DNA from: Pseudobutyrivibrio sp.
GTDB lineage: Bacteria > Bacillota > Clostridia > Lachnospirales > Lachnospiraceae
Direction: 5' to 3'
Assembly (NCBI GenBank): GCA_021442555.1
Contig: JABUSV010000186.1
Coordinates: 1 to 55,965, forward strand
Length of the DNA: 55,965 bases
Shown here: positions 10,275-20,228 of the stretch, piece by piece
How positions within the stretch are numbered: the first letter of the stretch is position 1
Layout of the letters: each line of letters starts with the position of its first letter
Program-made: the position numbers and the translations under genes
The notes under the pieces: model-generated
Seen by the model: only the letters and a program-made list of their open reading frames with translations
What the model was told of the DNA's origin: nothing
The model's database searches: none

Positions 10275-10898
10275 TTATCTTAATTTACTTTCTACAAAGC
10301 TGTATATCTCATCTGCCTTGGCACTACCCTGTAATACAAGTTCATCAAGCTCAGCCTCGGTTTTGGCTCTAAGCTCTTCATCCTTCATAAGCTTGGTATT
10401 AATGAGAACATTGAGCTTGGCGCCTTCCATGGCCGCCTTGCAAAATGCTGCAGCACACCCCGCATCTGAGACAGCTATCACAGAACCTTTTTTTGCATAT
10501 ATCTCAATAAGCTCCAAGGCTTCAACAGAAACCCGAACTATCTCAAGAGGAACCAGCGCCGCATCCACTAATGCAGCCTGTAGTACCCTTTCCTTTTCAG
10601 CCGCCTCCTGAGGAGTATCCTTGGGCATACCATAGGCCAAAGATAAAGGATAAAAAACCTCTGCATCCCTTTCTACAAGTCTTTCCAGCTTTAATCTAAG
10701 CTCGGCAGACCTTTGGTTAAGCTCTATAATCTCAGCTTCAACATCTGCATATTTCTTTTTACCAACAGTAAGGGAACCCACCATGTTGCCTAATGCAACA
10801 CCTATGGCACCAACATATGCACTGGCACCTCCACCTCCTGGAACAGGTTCCTTGGTAGATAATACATCTGTAAACTGGGAAAGTGACTTTTCTAACAT
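10275..10898 (-). CDS. Cyclodeaminase/methenyl-THF cyclohydrolase family protein (FTCD C-terminal domain, FchA-like)
   Basis: PVPGGGGASA, MVGSLTVGKKKY, SDAG, LNVLIN motifs. Confidence 0.88.
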   Translation of the reverse strand: MLEKSLSQFTDVLSTKEPVPGGGGASAYVGAIGVALGNMVGSLTVGKKKYADVEAEIIELNQRSAELRLKLERLVERDAEVFYPLSLAYGMPKDTPQEAAEKERVLQAALVDAALVPLEIVRVSVEALELIEIYAKKGSVIAVSDAGCAAAFCKAAMEGAKLNVLINTKLMKDEELRAKTEAELDELVLQGSAKADEIYSFVESKLR

Positions 10899-10912
10899 GC
10901 GACCCTCACTAA

Positions 10913-12172
10913 CTAATTATTGAAATACTCTTTAAACTCAGTGTATCCGTCGTTAGCTAACTGCTCCTTTTGGAACTTCTTGTTCTTGTTCATACGAACG
11001 ACAAGAACTGTCTGCCCCTGAGTTCTCGCAGCCTTGGCTTCCTGCATAATCTGCGCAACCTTTGCAGCATCACAGCCTTTTTCTATAAGATAAGCCACCT
11101 TGGTAGCTGCTCCTGGTACCTTAAAGCCCTGCTCCATAAGAAGGAGAATAATTCTCTCAAAGCCTATTGAAAAACCACAGGCTGGAGTATTCTGACCTGT
11201 AAAGTTACCAATCATCTTGTCGTAACGTCCGCCACCACCGCAGCTTCCGCCAAATTCTGGAATAGCAATCTCAAAAATAGTACCTGTATAGTAGCTCATA
11301 CCACGCACCAAAGTAGGATCAAATACCAGCTCAAACTGCGCTTCCTTGGTTGCATCCACTGCTATGGCAATCTCAGACATCCAATCTGCTACTTCTTTTT
11401 CAAGATATGCTCCAAGATTATCCAAAAGAAGCTGCATGCCTTCTTTTACATCCTTAACGCCCTCTAGTAATGAGAAGATAGCAACATACTTTGAAATAGA
11501 CTCCTGAGAGAAGCCCTGCTCTAAAAGCTCTGCCGAAACGCCTTCTAAACCAATCTTGTCCATCTTGTCTAAGGTAATAAAGATAGAATCGTAGTCCTTC
11601 TCTTCAAAGCCTGCATATGCTGCCATTGCCTTGAGAATGCGTCGTTCGTTGATTCTGATTTCAAAATTCTTAAAACCAATTCTGCCAAGAGTAGTTGTAG
11701 TGGCAAGAATAAGCTCTATCTCAGCCAAATTGCTTGGCTCTCCTAAAATATCTATATCACACTGGGTGAACTGTCTGTATCGTCCACGCTGCGGTCTGTC
11801 AGCTCTCCATACCGAACCAATCTGAAGGGCCTTAAATGGAGAAGAAAGCTCATTGGCATGATTGCTGTAGAATCTGCAAAGAGGTACTGTAAGGTCATAT
11901 CTCATACCAAAATCAACAACCTCTTCCTCTGTTGTAGCCTCTGCAATGTTTAGCTTCTCCCCTCTCTTCATTACTTTGAAGATAAGCTTTTCGTTTTCAC
12001 CGCCCTGCTTGTTGCTAAGATTGCCAATAGACTCCATAGCAGGTGTCTCGATAGGAGTAAATCCAAAAGAGCGATATGTTTCCTTGATTATAGAGGTAAC
12101 ATAATCTCTTACCTCCATCTCATAAGGCATAATGTCCTTCATTCCATTAACTGGTTTTTTATTTAAAGCCAT
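10913..12172 (-). CDS. hisS: Histidine--tRNA ligase
   Basis: GMKD, RYDLTVP, RADRPQRGRYRQFTQCDIDILG, LVRGMSYYTG, GGGRYD, GFSIGFER. Confidence 0.96.
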   Translation of the reverse strand: MALNKKPVNGMKDIMPYEMEVRDYVTSIIKETYRSFGFTPIETPAMESIGNLSNKQGGENEKLIFKVMKRGEKLNIAEATTEEEVVDFGMRYDLTVPLCRFYSNHANELSSPFKALQIGSVWRADRPQRGRYRQFTQCDIDILGEPSNLAEIELILATTTTLGRIGFKNFEIRINERRILKAMAAYAGFEEKDYDSIFITLDKMDKIGLEGVSAELLEQGFSQESISKYVAIFSLLEGVKDVKEGMQLLLDNLGAYLEKEVADWMSEIAIAVDATKEAQFELVFDPTLVRGMSYYTGTIFEIAIPEFGGSCGGGGRYDKMIGNFTGQNTPACGFSIGFERIILLLMEQGFKVPGAATKVAYLIEKGCDAAKVAQIMQEAKAARTQGQTVLVVRMNKNKKFQKEQLANDGYTEFKEYFNN

Positions 12173-12222
12173 GATATATCCTTTCTAATTCAACAAATCC
12201 TAATAATATTACCATATTTTCC

Positions 12223-13650
12223 TTAGTTATCAACGCCAAAGAGCTGTCTTTTTCTATCAATCATCTCGTCGATTCGCTCAATGTACAATTGAACATCCTT
12301 GACATTCTCGCATCTTGCAGTGCTCTTGTCGGGAAGTATCTTCTTGCAGGAAGTTCCAGCTCCCAAAGCGACTATATCCTGAATCTCTTCCATGATAAGA
12401 ATATTGTAAATGCCCTCCTTGCCCAAGGCAGAGTAACCAATGTTTTCAAGATTTGCCGCAATATTCTTTTGACGATACAGATAATAAGCTTCAAGCCCCA
12501 GATTCTTGGCAGCTTTTTCTGCCGCGTCCATATGAGCCTGAGAATTCTCTATCAGATAATCGTCATAAGCTTCTTTATCTATGTTAAGCTTGGAAGAATG
12601 CTTCAACGCAAGAGAATGAATGGTTAAACTGTCAGGCTTAAGTTTGGATACCTCTTGTAATGTATATTGAACATCTTCAATAGTCTCGCCAGGTAGCCCC
12701 AAAATTAAATCCATATTTATATTCTGAAAATCATATTCTCTGGCCCAAGCCATTACTTTAACAATATCATCCACCGTATGATGTCGACCGATTAGCTTAA
12801 GCGTCTTATCGTTCATGGTCTGTGGATTAACAGATATTCTAGTAATTGGATGAGATTTGATAATTCCAAGCTTCTCTCTTGTAATGGAATCAGGTCTTCC
12901 TGCTTCTATTGTATATTCCTTTAGATTCTTTGTATCAAAATATCTGTCTATGGTATCCAAAAGAACAGCCAGATGTTCTTCATCCAAGGATGTAGGTGTC
13001 CCACCCCCTATATAGATGGTATCTAATGTTTTCTTAGAAAAAGCCTTTGAAGTATACTCCATTTCTTTTTCAAGGCATTTCAAATAATCGTCCACCCACT
13101 TGCGATATGCTGCATATGGGTAGGATGTGAACGAACAATACAAACAAGTACTTGGGCAAAATGGTATACCAATGTACAGCGAATATCCATTGTCATAGTC
13201 TATTTTTTTTAGAATCTCATGTTCATGGTGCGATACCTGAAGACAAAGTTCTGTTTTCTCATCACTGGTGAGATATGTAGACTTCATATAGTCTCTGATT
13301 TCCTGATCTGTAGCCCCATCCATAATCATTTTCAGACTAATTTTGGTTGGTCTGATTCCTGTAAGGGTTCCCCAAGGCAGGTCCGTTCCTGTTCTCTTCT
13401 GAAGATAATTATAAACAGCAAGCTTAAGCCTGTTTTTTGTATCCGGACGATTGGAGTAATCTATTGGAACTTCTGCGCCATTGAGCAGAAGCTTATCCTC
13501 AAAATATTCTACAGAAAATGAAAAAGATATCTCTTCATTGCCCTCATACTCTCCTGGAGCAATAATAACCTGCTCCTTTGGGTAAAAAGCCTTCACCAAT
13601 GAATAGATATCATATTCAAAATTAGATTTGTTAAGTTTACAGTATATCAA
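12223..13650 (-). CDS. hemZ: Radical SAM coproporphyrinogen dehydrogenase-like protein HemZ
   Basis: PWGTLTGIRPTK, YIGIPFCPSTCLYCSF, GGGTPT, EAGRPDSI, YYLYRQKN; usual position between MBL gene and hisS. Confidence 0.92.
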   Translation of the reverse strand: MIYCKLNKSNFEYDIYSLVKAFYPKEQVIIAPGEYEGNEEISFSFSVEYFEDKLLLNGAEVPIDYSNRPDTKNRLKLAVYNYLQKRTGTDLPWGTLTGIRPTKISLKMIMDGATDQEIRDYMKSTYLTSDEKTELCLQVSHHEHEILKKIDYDNGYSLYIGIPFCPSTCLYCSFTSYPYAAYRKWVDDYLKCLEKEMEYTSKAFSKKTLDTIYIGGGTPTSLDEEHLAVLLDTIDRYFDTKNLKEYTIEAGRPDSITREKLGIIKSHPITRISVNPQTMNDKTLKLIGRHHTVDDIVKVMAWAREYDFQNINMDLILGLPGETIEDVQYTLQEVSKLKPDSLTIHSLALKHSSKLNIDKEAYDDYLIENSQAHMDAAEKAAKNLGLEAYYLYRQKNIAANLENIGYSALGKEGIYNILIMEEIQDIVALGAGTSCKKILPDKSTARCENVKDVQLYIERIDEMIDRKRQLFGVDN

Positions 13651-13651
13651 A

Positions 13652-14275
13652 TTACACTAAATACGGATTATACACCCGTTCCTCTTCTATTGTTGTTGGT
13701 TCATTATGACCAGGATAACATATAGTATCTCCTGGTAAAATCATAAGCTTTTCCTTAACAGAATTAACAAGCTGACTCATGGAGCCCCCAATAAAGTCAG
13801 TACGTCCGATAGAGCCACAAAACAGTGAATCACCGGTAAAAACAGTACCCTCATATGGGAAATAATAGCAGCATCCACCTGTAGTATGTCCTGGTGTAAG
13901 AAGCATTCTAAACTTAAATCCTGCCAATTCAAGCTCCTGCTCATCTTTTAATAATACATCTGCTCGATACTCTGTTGGAGTTCCAAGCCAATCAGATAAA
14001 TTAATTCTAGAATTAATAAGCGTTCCGCTTTCTGCACCTGCTGCATATATCTGGATATCATAATGGTCAGCCAGTTCCTCACTTGCCCCTGCATGATCAA
14101 AATGACCATGGGTAAGAAGTATGGCAACAGGCTTTACCTGAAGCTTAGTTATCTCATCCATGATTCGAGTCGCCTCATCTCCTGGATCGATAATCAGCCC
14201 CTCAAGAGTCTTTTCATTATAAGCTACATAACAATTGGTAGCACATACGCTAACTATTATATTTTTGACCTTCAT
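13652..14275 (-). CDS. MBL-fold metallo-hydrolase (glyoxalase II-like)
   Basis: THGHFDH, TPGHT, FTGDSLF, GRTD, PGH. Confidence 0.92.
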   Translation of the reverse strand: MKVKNIIVSVCATNCYVAYNEKTLEGLIIDPGDEATRIMDEITKLQVKPVAILLTHGHFDHAGASEELADHYDIQIYAAGAESGTLINSRINLSDWLGTPTEYRADVLLKDEQELELAGFKFRMLLTPGHTTGGCCYYFPYEGTVFTGDSLFCGSIGRTDFIGGSMSQLVNSVKEKLMILPGDTICYPGHNEPTTIEEERVYNPYLV

Positions 14276-14280
14276 GTATA

Positions 14281-16602
14281 TTAGCCTCTGGACCTCTCCA
14301 CATCTATAATGCCAGGTATCTGGCGTATCTTTTCTACCAGTGAACTAAGTTGTCCCTTACCATTTATTCCAAAGGATATAGTGATGGTAGCCACTCCCTG
14401 CTTACTGGTCTTGCTGTGAATCGCCTCAATATCTATATCACGTTCTGTAAATGTACGTGTCAAATCAACCAATAGACCTGTACGATTGTTGCTGTATATC
14501 TTGATTTCCGTAAGATAAACATCACCTGATTCGTTGTTAACGCCATCTGCCCACTCTGCCTCTATAAGACGCATAGCCTCAAAGCTTGGAAGATTGATCA
14601 TGTTAACACAATCTGTACGGTGAATGGAAACACCACGCCCTCTGGTGACAAAGCCTACTATCTCATCTCCTGGTACCGGGTTGCAGCATTTTGAAAAACG
14701 AACAGATACGTCATGTATACCATTAACAGTAATACCATTTTTTGACTTGGTCTGCCTCTTCTTGGAATAATCTGCATCCTTATCGCCTGAATGTTCTGCC
14801 AGAATATCTGCATCTGTAACCAAAACAGGATGGTCCTTCTGATATGCATTGTACATACGATTGATTACAGCGCCTTCCTTGATGGCACCCTGTCCTATGG
14901 CAGACAGGCAGTCATCCCAACTGTGGAAGCCATATTTGTTCTTGATGCGCTCCTGATATTCAGGAATATTAAGCTTGGAAAACTCATAGCCCTTTGCCTT
15001 GGCTGAGGCTACCAACAATTCCTTGCCTTTTGCTATGTTTTCTTCCTTGGACTCATTTCTGAACCACTGATTAATCTTGTTCTTTGCCTGACCAGAAGCC
15101 ACGATGTTAAGCCAGTCACGGCTAGGTCCCTTGGCATTCTGGGAAGTGATAATGTCGATTCTGTCTCCGTTTTGAATCTTATAGTCGATAGGTACAAGTC
15201 GTCCATTAACCTTGGCTCCAACCATCTTGTTACCTACAGCTGAATGAATGGCATAAGCAAAATCTATAGGAGTAGAACCTGTAGGAAGATTCTTGACATC
15301 ACCTGTCGGAGTAAAGCAAAATACCGTATCCGAGAATAAATTTAAATCCGACTTTAACAAAGACGAAAATTCTCTGTTATCCTGAATATCCTGTTGCCAC
15401 TCGAGAATCTCACGAAGCCAGCTAAGCTTTGCCTCCTCACCTACTACTGTAGAGCCCTCTCCAGACTCCTTATACTTCCAATGAGCGGCGATACCATACT
15501 CAGATGTACGGTGCATCTCATATGTACGAATCTGTATCTCAAATGGAGTTCCACTAGGTCCAATAACCGTAGTATGCAACGACTGGTACATATTAGGCTT
15601 TGGCATAGCGATATAATCTTTGAAGCGTCCTGGAATAGGTGTATATTTCTCATGAATAACACCAAGGGCTGCATAACAGTCCTTAATATCCTTTACCAGA
15701 ATACGAATAGCAAACAGGTCATATATCTGTTCAATGGTCTTGTTTTGATTGACCATTTTTTTATAAATACTAAAGAAGTGCTTGGCTCTGCCATAAGTTT
15801 CAGCATTGATACCTGCATCCCTAATAGCTTTATCAACCTCATCTACCAGAGTCTGTATATAATCCTCTCGCTGGTTCTTGCGAAGAGCAATCTTTTCTAC
15901 CAGATCATAATAAGCATCAGGCTCGATATATTTTAAGGACAAATCCTCCAGCTCAATCTTAACCTTACTGATACCAAGTCTTTGCGCCAAAGGAGCGTAG
16001 ATTTCCATGGTTTCTCTGGCTTTTTCCTTTTGCTTCTCAGGTATCATGAACTTGAGAGTACGCATATTGTGCAGTCTGTCTGCCAATTTGATAAGAATAA
16101 CTCTGATATCCTTGGCCATGGCAAGGAACATCTTACGAAGATTCTCCGCCTGAACTTCTACCTTATCTGCGTTATATGACAACTGTCCCAACTTAGTGAC
16201 ACCATCTACAAGCTCTGCAACTTCTGGAGAAAAAGCTTCAGCTATCTCCTCCTTGGTCATAACAGTATCCTCTACAACATCATGCAGAATACCTGCTACG
16301 ATAGTCTCTTTATCAAGCTCCAAATCAGCAAGAATAATAGCCACGCAAAGTGGATGTATGATATATGGCTCTCCAGACTTTCTAACCTGACCCTCATGAG
16401 CGTCACGAGCTATCTTATAAGCCTTTTCAACCATGGATATATCTGCATTTGGGTGATATTTGAGGATACGATCTATAAGCTCCTTGTGAAGCTTTTCCTC
16501 ACTAACGAAATCTGAAGTGGCTACAATCAGCTGAGTAGACGCGGCGATATCCTGTTCCATCATCTCTAAATCTTTTTTAGAAAATTCTGCCATAAATCTC
16601 AC
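14281..16602 (-). CDS. relA: Bifunctional (p)ppGpp synthetase/hydrolase; ATG at 16593 is an alternative start
   Basis: RKSGEPYIIHP, LHDVVEDT, RFKDYIAMPKPNMYQSLHT, TGS domain, CCNPVPGD, ACT domain. Confidence 0.97.
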   Translation of the reverse strand: MRFMAEFSKKDLEMMEQDIAASTQLIVATSDFVSEEKLHKELIDRILKYHPNADISMVEKAYKIARDAHEGQVRKSGEPYIIHPLCVAIILADLELDKETIVAGILHDVVEDTVMTKEEIAEAFSPEVAELVDGVTKLGQLSYNADKVEVQAENLRKMFLAMAKDIRVILIKLADRLHNMRTLKFMIPEKQKEKARETMEIYAPLAQRLGISKVKIELEDLSLKYIEPDAYYDLVEKIALRKNQREDYIQTLVDEVDKAIRDAGINAETYGRAKHFFSIYKKMVNQNKTIEQIYDLFAIRILVKDIKDCYAALGVIHEKYTPIPGRFKDYIAMPKPNMYQSLHTTVIGPSGTPFEIQIRTYEMHRTSEYGIAAHWKYKESGEGSTVVGEEAKLSWLREILEWQQDIQDNREFSSLLKSDLNLFSDTVFCFTPTGDVKNLPTGSTPIDFAYAIHSAVGNKMVGAKVNGRLVPIDYKIQNGDRIDIITSQNAKGPSRDWLNIVASGQAKNKINQWFRNESKEENIAKGKELLVASAKAKGYEFSKLNIPEYQERIKNKYGFHSWDDCLSAIGQGAIKEGAVINRMYNAYQKDHPVLVTDADILAEHSGDKDADYSKKRQTKSKNGITVNGIHDVSVRFSKCCNPVPGDEIVGFVTRGRGVSIHRTDCVNMINLPSFEAMRLIEAEWADGVNNESGDVYLTEIKIYSNNRTGLLVDLTRTFTERDIDIEAIHSKTSKQGVATITISFGINGKGQLSSLVEKIRQIPGIIDVERSRG

Positions 16603-16752
16603 CGCCTCTCGTTCGCAAAAGGTAACCGCTCTCGTACTAGAAAAAATTATATGCTATTATATCCCTCATTCCCTATAAAATCAAGGTTTGTCGTACTTCA
16701 AATTGTCTTTTTTTCTAACACTGATATAATGGAATAAGAAAGGATAGTTTCC

Positions 16753-17832
16753 ATGAAAAAATTTATCAAATCGTTATTCACAACAATTATTTTATTGATA
16801 GTAACAGTTGTTGCATTTGAATTCTCACATCTCAATACAATTCCATCTGATTTATTTAAAACTAACGAGGAATCAGTTTCTGTCACACCCACTCCTGTCC
16901 CTATGACTACTGACTCATACAAGGAACAAAAAAACGAAAACGAAATCGAAGTAAACGGACAAGCCTACACCATCACTCCTCTTACTATTACCATGTATGC
17001 TTTTGACGATTTTGACTTATACCCTACACCTGATGACAGTCAAAATTGCATACTAAAGATCTACTATAATGATAGTGTAGATGTAACGGGAGAAGTAACT
17101 ATTGATGATGCATCATGGTATAAAATCACATCCGGTGATTATACAGGCTTTGTTCAATCTGAAATGCTGATGGATGAGCCAATCACTCTGCCAATACCAT
17201 ATCCTGCTGTTATGCCACAGCCTGCCACTCAAAAAGACATTTTATTTATCGGTAACAGTATTACGATCTATCCAGCCACTGAAGACTGGTGGGGAGAAAC
17301 CCATGGCATGGGCTCCTCGTCCATGGACAAGGACTGGGTGCACCTTACAGTAGCAGCCACAGGAAAAGGAGCCTACGATGTAACTTCCTTGCGCACTTGG
17401 GAATTCTCCAAAGAGCGTAACAATGAGCTTACAGTCCTTGAGCCCCTGTTATCTGCCAACAAATACAGTTACACTGTAATAATGCTTGGTGAAAACTGCA
17501 ACGCGCACCTTTACACCCTCACAGGTGACATGTGTGATCTTGTAAAATACATCAAAGCCTTCAACCCTGACACCAAGGTGGTTCTCATCGACAACTTCTG
17601 GGCGTCCTCTACCCTGACTTCAGTCAAGAAAAATGTATGCTCATCTACAGGCGCTGACTTTATAGATCTAAGTGCTGTCTCTTCCAACCCCGACTACCAA
17701 TGGAAGGAAGGCGACATCTTCACCACCGCAGATGGCCGCGAGTACACCATCAACAGATTTTTAGCCAAGCATCCCAACGACGCTGGCTACCAAGCCATCG
17801 CCGACCAGGTTATAGCCTACTTTAACCGCTGA
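16753..17832 (+). CDS. Exported SH3-like plus SGNH/GDSL hydrolase
   Basis: Signal/TM anchor; WYKI...GFV SH3b-like segment; FIGNSIT, LGEN, HPNDAGYQAIAD. Confidence 0.8.
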   Translation: MKKFIKSLFTTIILLIVTVVAFEFSHLNTIPSDLFKTNEESVSVTPTPVPMTTDSYKEQKNENEIEVNGQAYTITPLTITMYAFDDFDLYPTPDDSQNCILKIYYNDSVDVTGEVTIDDASWYKITSGDYTGFVQSEMLMDEPITLPIPYPAVMPQPATQKDILFIGNSITIYPATEDWWGETHGMGSSSMDKDWVHLTVAATGKGAYDVTSLRTWEFSKERNNELTVLEPLLSANKYSYTVIMLGENCNAHLYTLTGDMCDLVKYIKAFNPDTKVVLIDNFWASSTLTSVKKNVCSSTGADFIDLSAVSSNPDYQWKEGDIFTTADGREYTINRFLAKHPNDAGYQAIADQVIAYFNR

Positions 17833-17850
17833 ACATCCAATGAACTTGTA

Positions 17851-18123
17851 CGTCATATACGCACAAGTTTACCTAAAAAGCTATCAGTGCTTCAAGGGTC
17901 TCTAGTGCTCATCATCTCGCAACGAAAATCCGCACTAGAGACTCCTTAAAGCCCTTGATAGCTTATATTAATCAAAGGTTGTGCGTATAGGACGAACTAT
18001 TGAAGCAGGGTGCCCCGCGTTTAAAGAACACAAACAATAAGAAAAGGAAGCCTGCGGCTCCCTTTTTAACTTTAAGCGACTTCGCCGAAGTCTCGTCTAT
18101 AATTTGTTGCGCAAATTATCTCC
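17851..18123. repeat. Cluster of inverted repeats between convergent genes
   Basis: 144-nt nested fold-back at 17851-17994 plus small hairpins AAAAGGAAGCC/GGCTCCCTTTT, GACTTCG/CGAAGTC and ATAATTTG/CAAATTAT. Confidence 0.75.
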
Positions 18124-18128
18124 TAGGG

Positions 18129-18698
18129 TTAGTTGGTAGGTTGAACCAGACGTCGGTCTGTGTCAAAGACCTCGGCGATGGCACGAAACATATGGACGAT
18201 TGCTTTTCCATTGTCGGTGAGCTGGTATTTACCAGGCTCTACTTCTACCAGGTTTTTAGAGACGACTTGTTCGTTGAAACGCTTTTCGAAGGCCTGGTAT
18301 TCGTCGACGTATATGTCCACAAAGACGTCTCGTACATCTTCCTGGGTGTAGAGATGGTCATCATGACTTTCCATATAGCTTAAAGTAAAGACCGACACTG
18401 AGCGCTCCACTGTAACAGGTATCAGTGTAAAAAATACTGTGTTGACACAACAGAATCCCACAAACATGACAAATACATCTTTGCCGGTTAGACCTATATT
18501 ACTCCATTTTTTCTTGGCAAATGCCATTAGTATGGCCGACAGGATTCCTGTAAGTATCACAAAGAATAATCCTTTGTACATTAATACACTGTACCCTGAA
18601 AGAATTGGTGTGTGGAACAATCCTACCCAGATTGCTGTGCAAATTATGTAGATTATCAGGTATATCAGAAACTGATACAGTGCATTTTTTATTTTCAT
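18129..18698 (-). CDS. Hypothetical membrane protein (3 TM plus soluble, possibly winged-helix-like C-terminus)
   Basis: Three hydrophobic segments, PVTVERSVSVF, YQLTDNG; RBS GGAG. Confidence 0.75.
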   Translation of the reverse strand: MKIKNALYQFLIYLIIYIICTAIWVGLFHTPILSGYSVLMYKGLFFVILTGILSAILMAFAKKKWSNIGLTGKDVFVMFVGFCCVNTVFFTLIPVTVERSVSVFTLSYMESHDDHLYTQEDVRDVFVDIYVDEYQAFEKRFNEQVVSKNLVEVEPGKYQLTDNGKAIVHMFRAIAEVFDTDRRLVQPTN

Positions 18699-18716
18699 GT
18701 TACCGCTCCTGTTTGT

Positions 18717-20225
18717 TTATAATACATTTATGTTGGTAAAATTAAGTCCCTTGGCAAGCCCTATGTTAAGAGTCTGTTCTCTGCGTGGCTGTCCTACTTT
18801 ACCAAGAGTGCAGTTGTCAAAGCTGACATCCTTAAGCTCATGCCCTGGTTTGTCAAATCCTATAAGTTCAATGGCATGGCAGGGTATTCTCTTCCGCTCA
18901 TGATTATAGAGTTCTCCCCAGATTTCAAGATTTGAAAACGTACATTCTTCAAATATCGGAGGTATGGGTGCTCCTAAACCATCATCGTTATAGCCCACAG
19001 AATGAAAACTTATATGAGAGACTATTGTATTATCCACACTTATATCTCTTACATATCCGCCCCGTTTACTGGTGGCTTTGATTTCGATGCCCGACATGGA
19101 GTCTCCCATATCACAGTCCCATATTTTGACATCTTCTATGCCTCCACTCATTTCTGAACCAATGGCTATGCCATGTCCGTAGGCACATTTGCAATCAAAT
19201 ATTCTAACGTGTCTTGTGGGTTTGTTAACTATATTTCCCTCTGGATTCTTGCCTGATTTGATTGCCACCGAATCATCTCCAGTATAAAACCTGCAATCAA
19301 AAATAGTACAATTCTCAGAGGAATCAGGATCCCATCCATCTCCATTCCAGATTCCCTCTGACACAAAAACGCATCTGCTTGTTACTATATCATCACTGTA
19401 AATAAAATGCACATTCCAGCTGGCACCATTTTTCAATGTAACATCTGTGATCGTAATGTGCTGACAGTTGCTCATGTTAATGAGGCGTCCGCGCATACGA
19501 CCAGGTATTGTGTCCTTGTGCTCATATTCCTTGATTTTGTCGCCTAAGGCACTTAGCTCATTAGCAAGACGCTCTCTTTCATATCTGATGGTATATTTTG
19601 CCAGCTTAGCTCCTCCGCCACAGATGGTTCCTCCACCTGTAATTATAACATTACAGCAATTATATTCCCCATTTCTGTCAAGACAGCCCAAATTGAGCAG
19701 ACTTCTATAGCACTCCATTTCTGTGCCCTCAAAGCGGGACCAAATCTTTGGCAGATAGTCATTTATATCAGAAGTTCCAAGAATAGTAGCGTTCTTATCT
19801 ACATGAAGTTCCATATCGCTGTGTAAGTCAAGAGCTCCTGTGAGATATGTTCCTGCGGGAACATATACTCTTCCGCCCTTTGGGCATGCATCAATTGCTA
19901 ACTGCAACCCCATGGTATTCATGGTGATTCCATCACCTACACAATTAAAGGGAGCTGCTGTAACATCTATCATTACAGGACAAAAAAGAGTGCAAGCCTT
20001 AAGTCTTGCTTCCAGTTTCCCTTGTTTTACCACCACATCAAATTCTGTCTTCTCTGGTAAGTTCGTAAATAATACATGAGTTTTATCAGAGGTAAGCGTA
20101 TAAGTATCCTTGTCTGAGGTCAGTGTAACCTCATATGGTTGTGCTGCAACACCTGGTGTTGGCTTATCCCAATAGACCTCTATGCTGTGTTCTAATTCTA
20201 TGGTTTTAACTGTTGATTCCCACAT
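18717..20225 (-). CDS. GH28 glycoside hydrolase (polygalacturonase family) with N-terminal FnIII-like segment
   Basis: GDGITMNT, VPAGTYLTG, NGDGWDP, GDDSVAIKSG, GHGIAIGSE. Confidence 0.9.
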   Translation of the reverse strand: MWESTVKTIELEHSIEVYWDKPTPGVAAQPYEVTLTSDKDTYTLTSDKTHVLFTNLPEKTEFDVVVKQGKLEARLKACTLFCPVMIDVTAAPFNCVGDGITMNTMGLQLAIDACPKGGRVYVPAGTYLTGALDLHSDMELHVDKNATILGTSDINDYLPKIWSRFEGTEMECYRSLLNLGCLDRNGEYNCCNVIITGGGTICGGGAKLAKYTIRYERERLANELSALGDKIKEYEHKDTIPGRMRGRLINMSNCQHITITDVTLKNGASWNVHFIYSDDIVTSRCVFVSEGIWNGDGWDPDSSENCTIFDCRFYTGDDSVAIKSGKNPEGNIVNKPTRHVRIFDCKCAYGHGIAIGSEMSGGIEDVKIWDCDMGDSMSGIEIKATSKRGGYVRDISVDNTIVSHISFHSVGYNDDGLGAPIPPIFEECTFSNLEIWGELYNHERKRIPCHAIELIGFDKPGHELKDVSFDNCTLGKVGQPRREQTLNIGLAKGLNFTNINVL

Positions 20226-20228
20226 CAG

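Noticed and set aside
12173-12222. T-box leader before hisS
   Set aside because: 50-nt spacer with no T-box motif or terminator
18000-18383. 127-aa plus-strand ORF
   Set aside because: Runs through palindromes and antisense to a real gene; no RBS or recognisable motif
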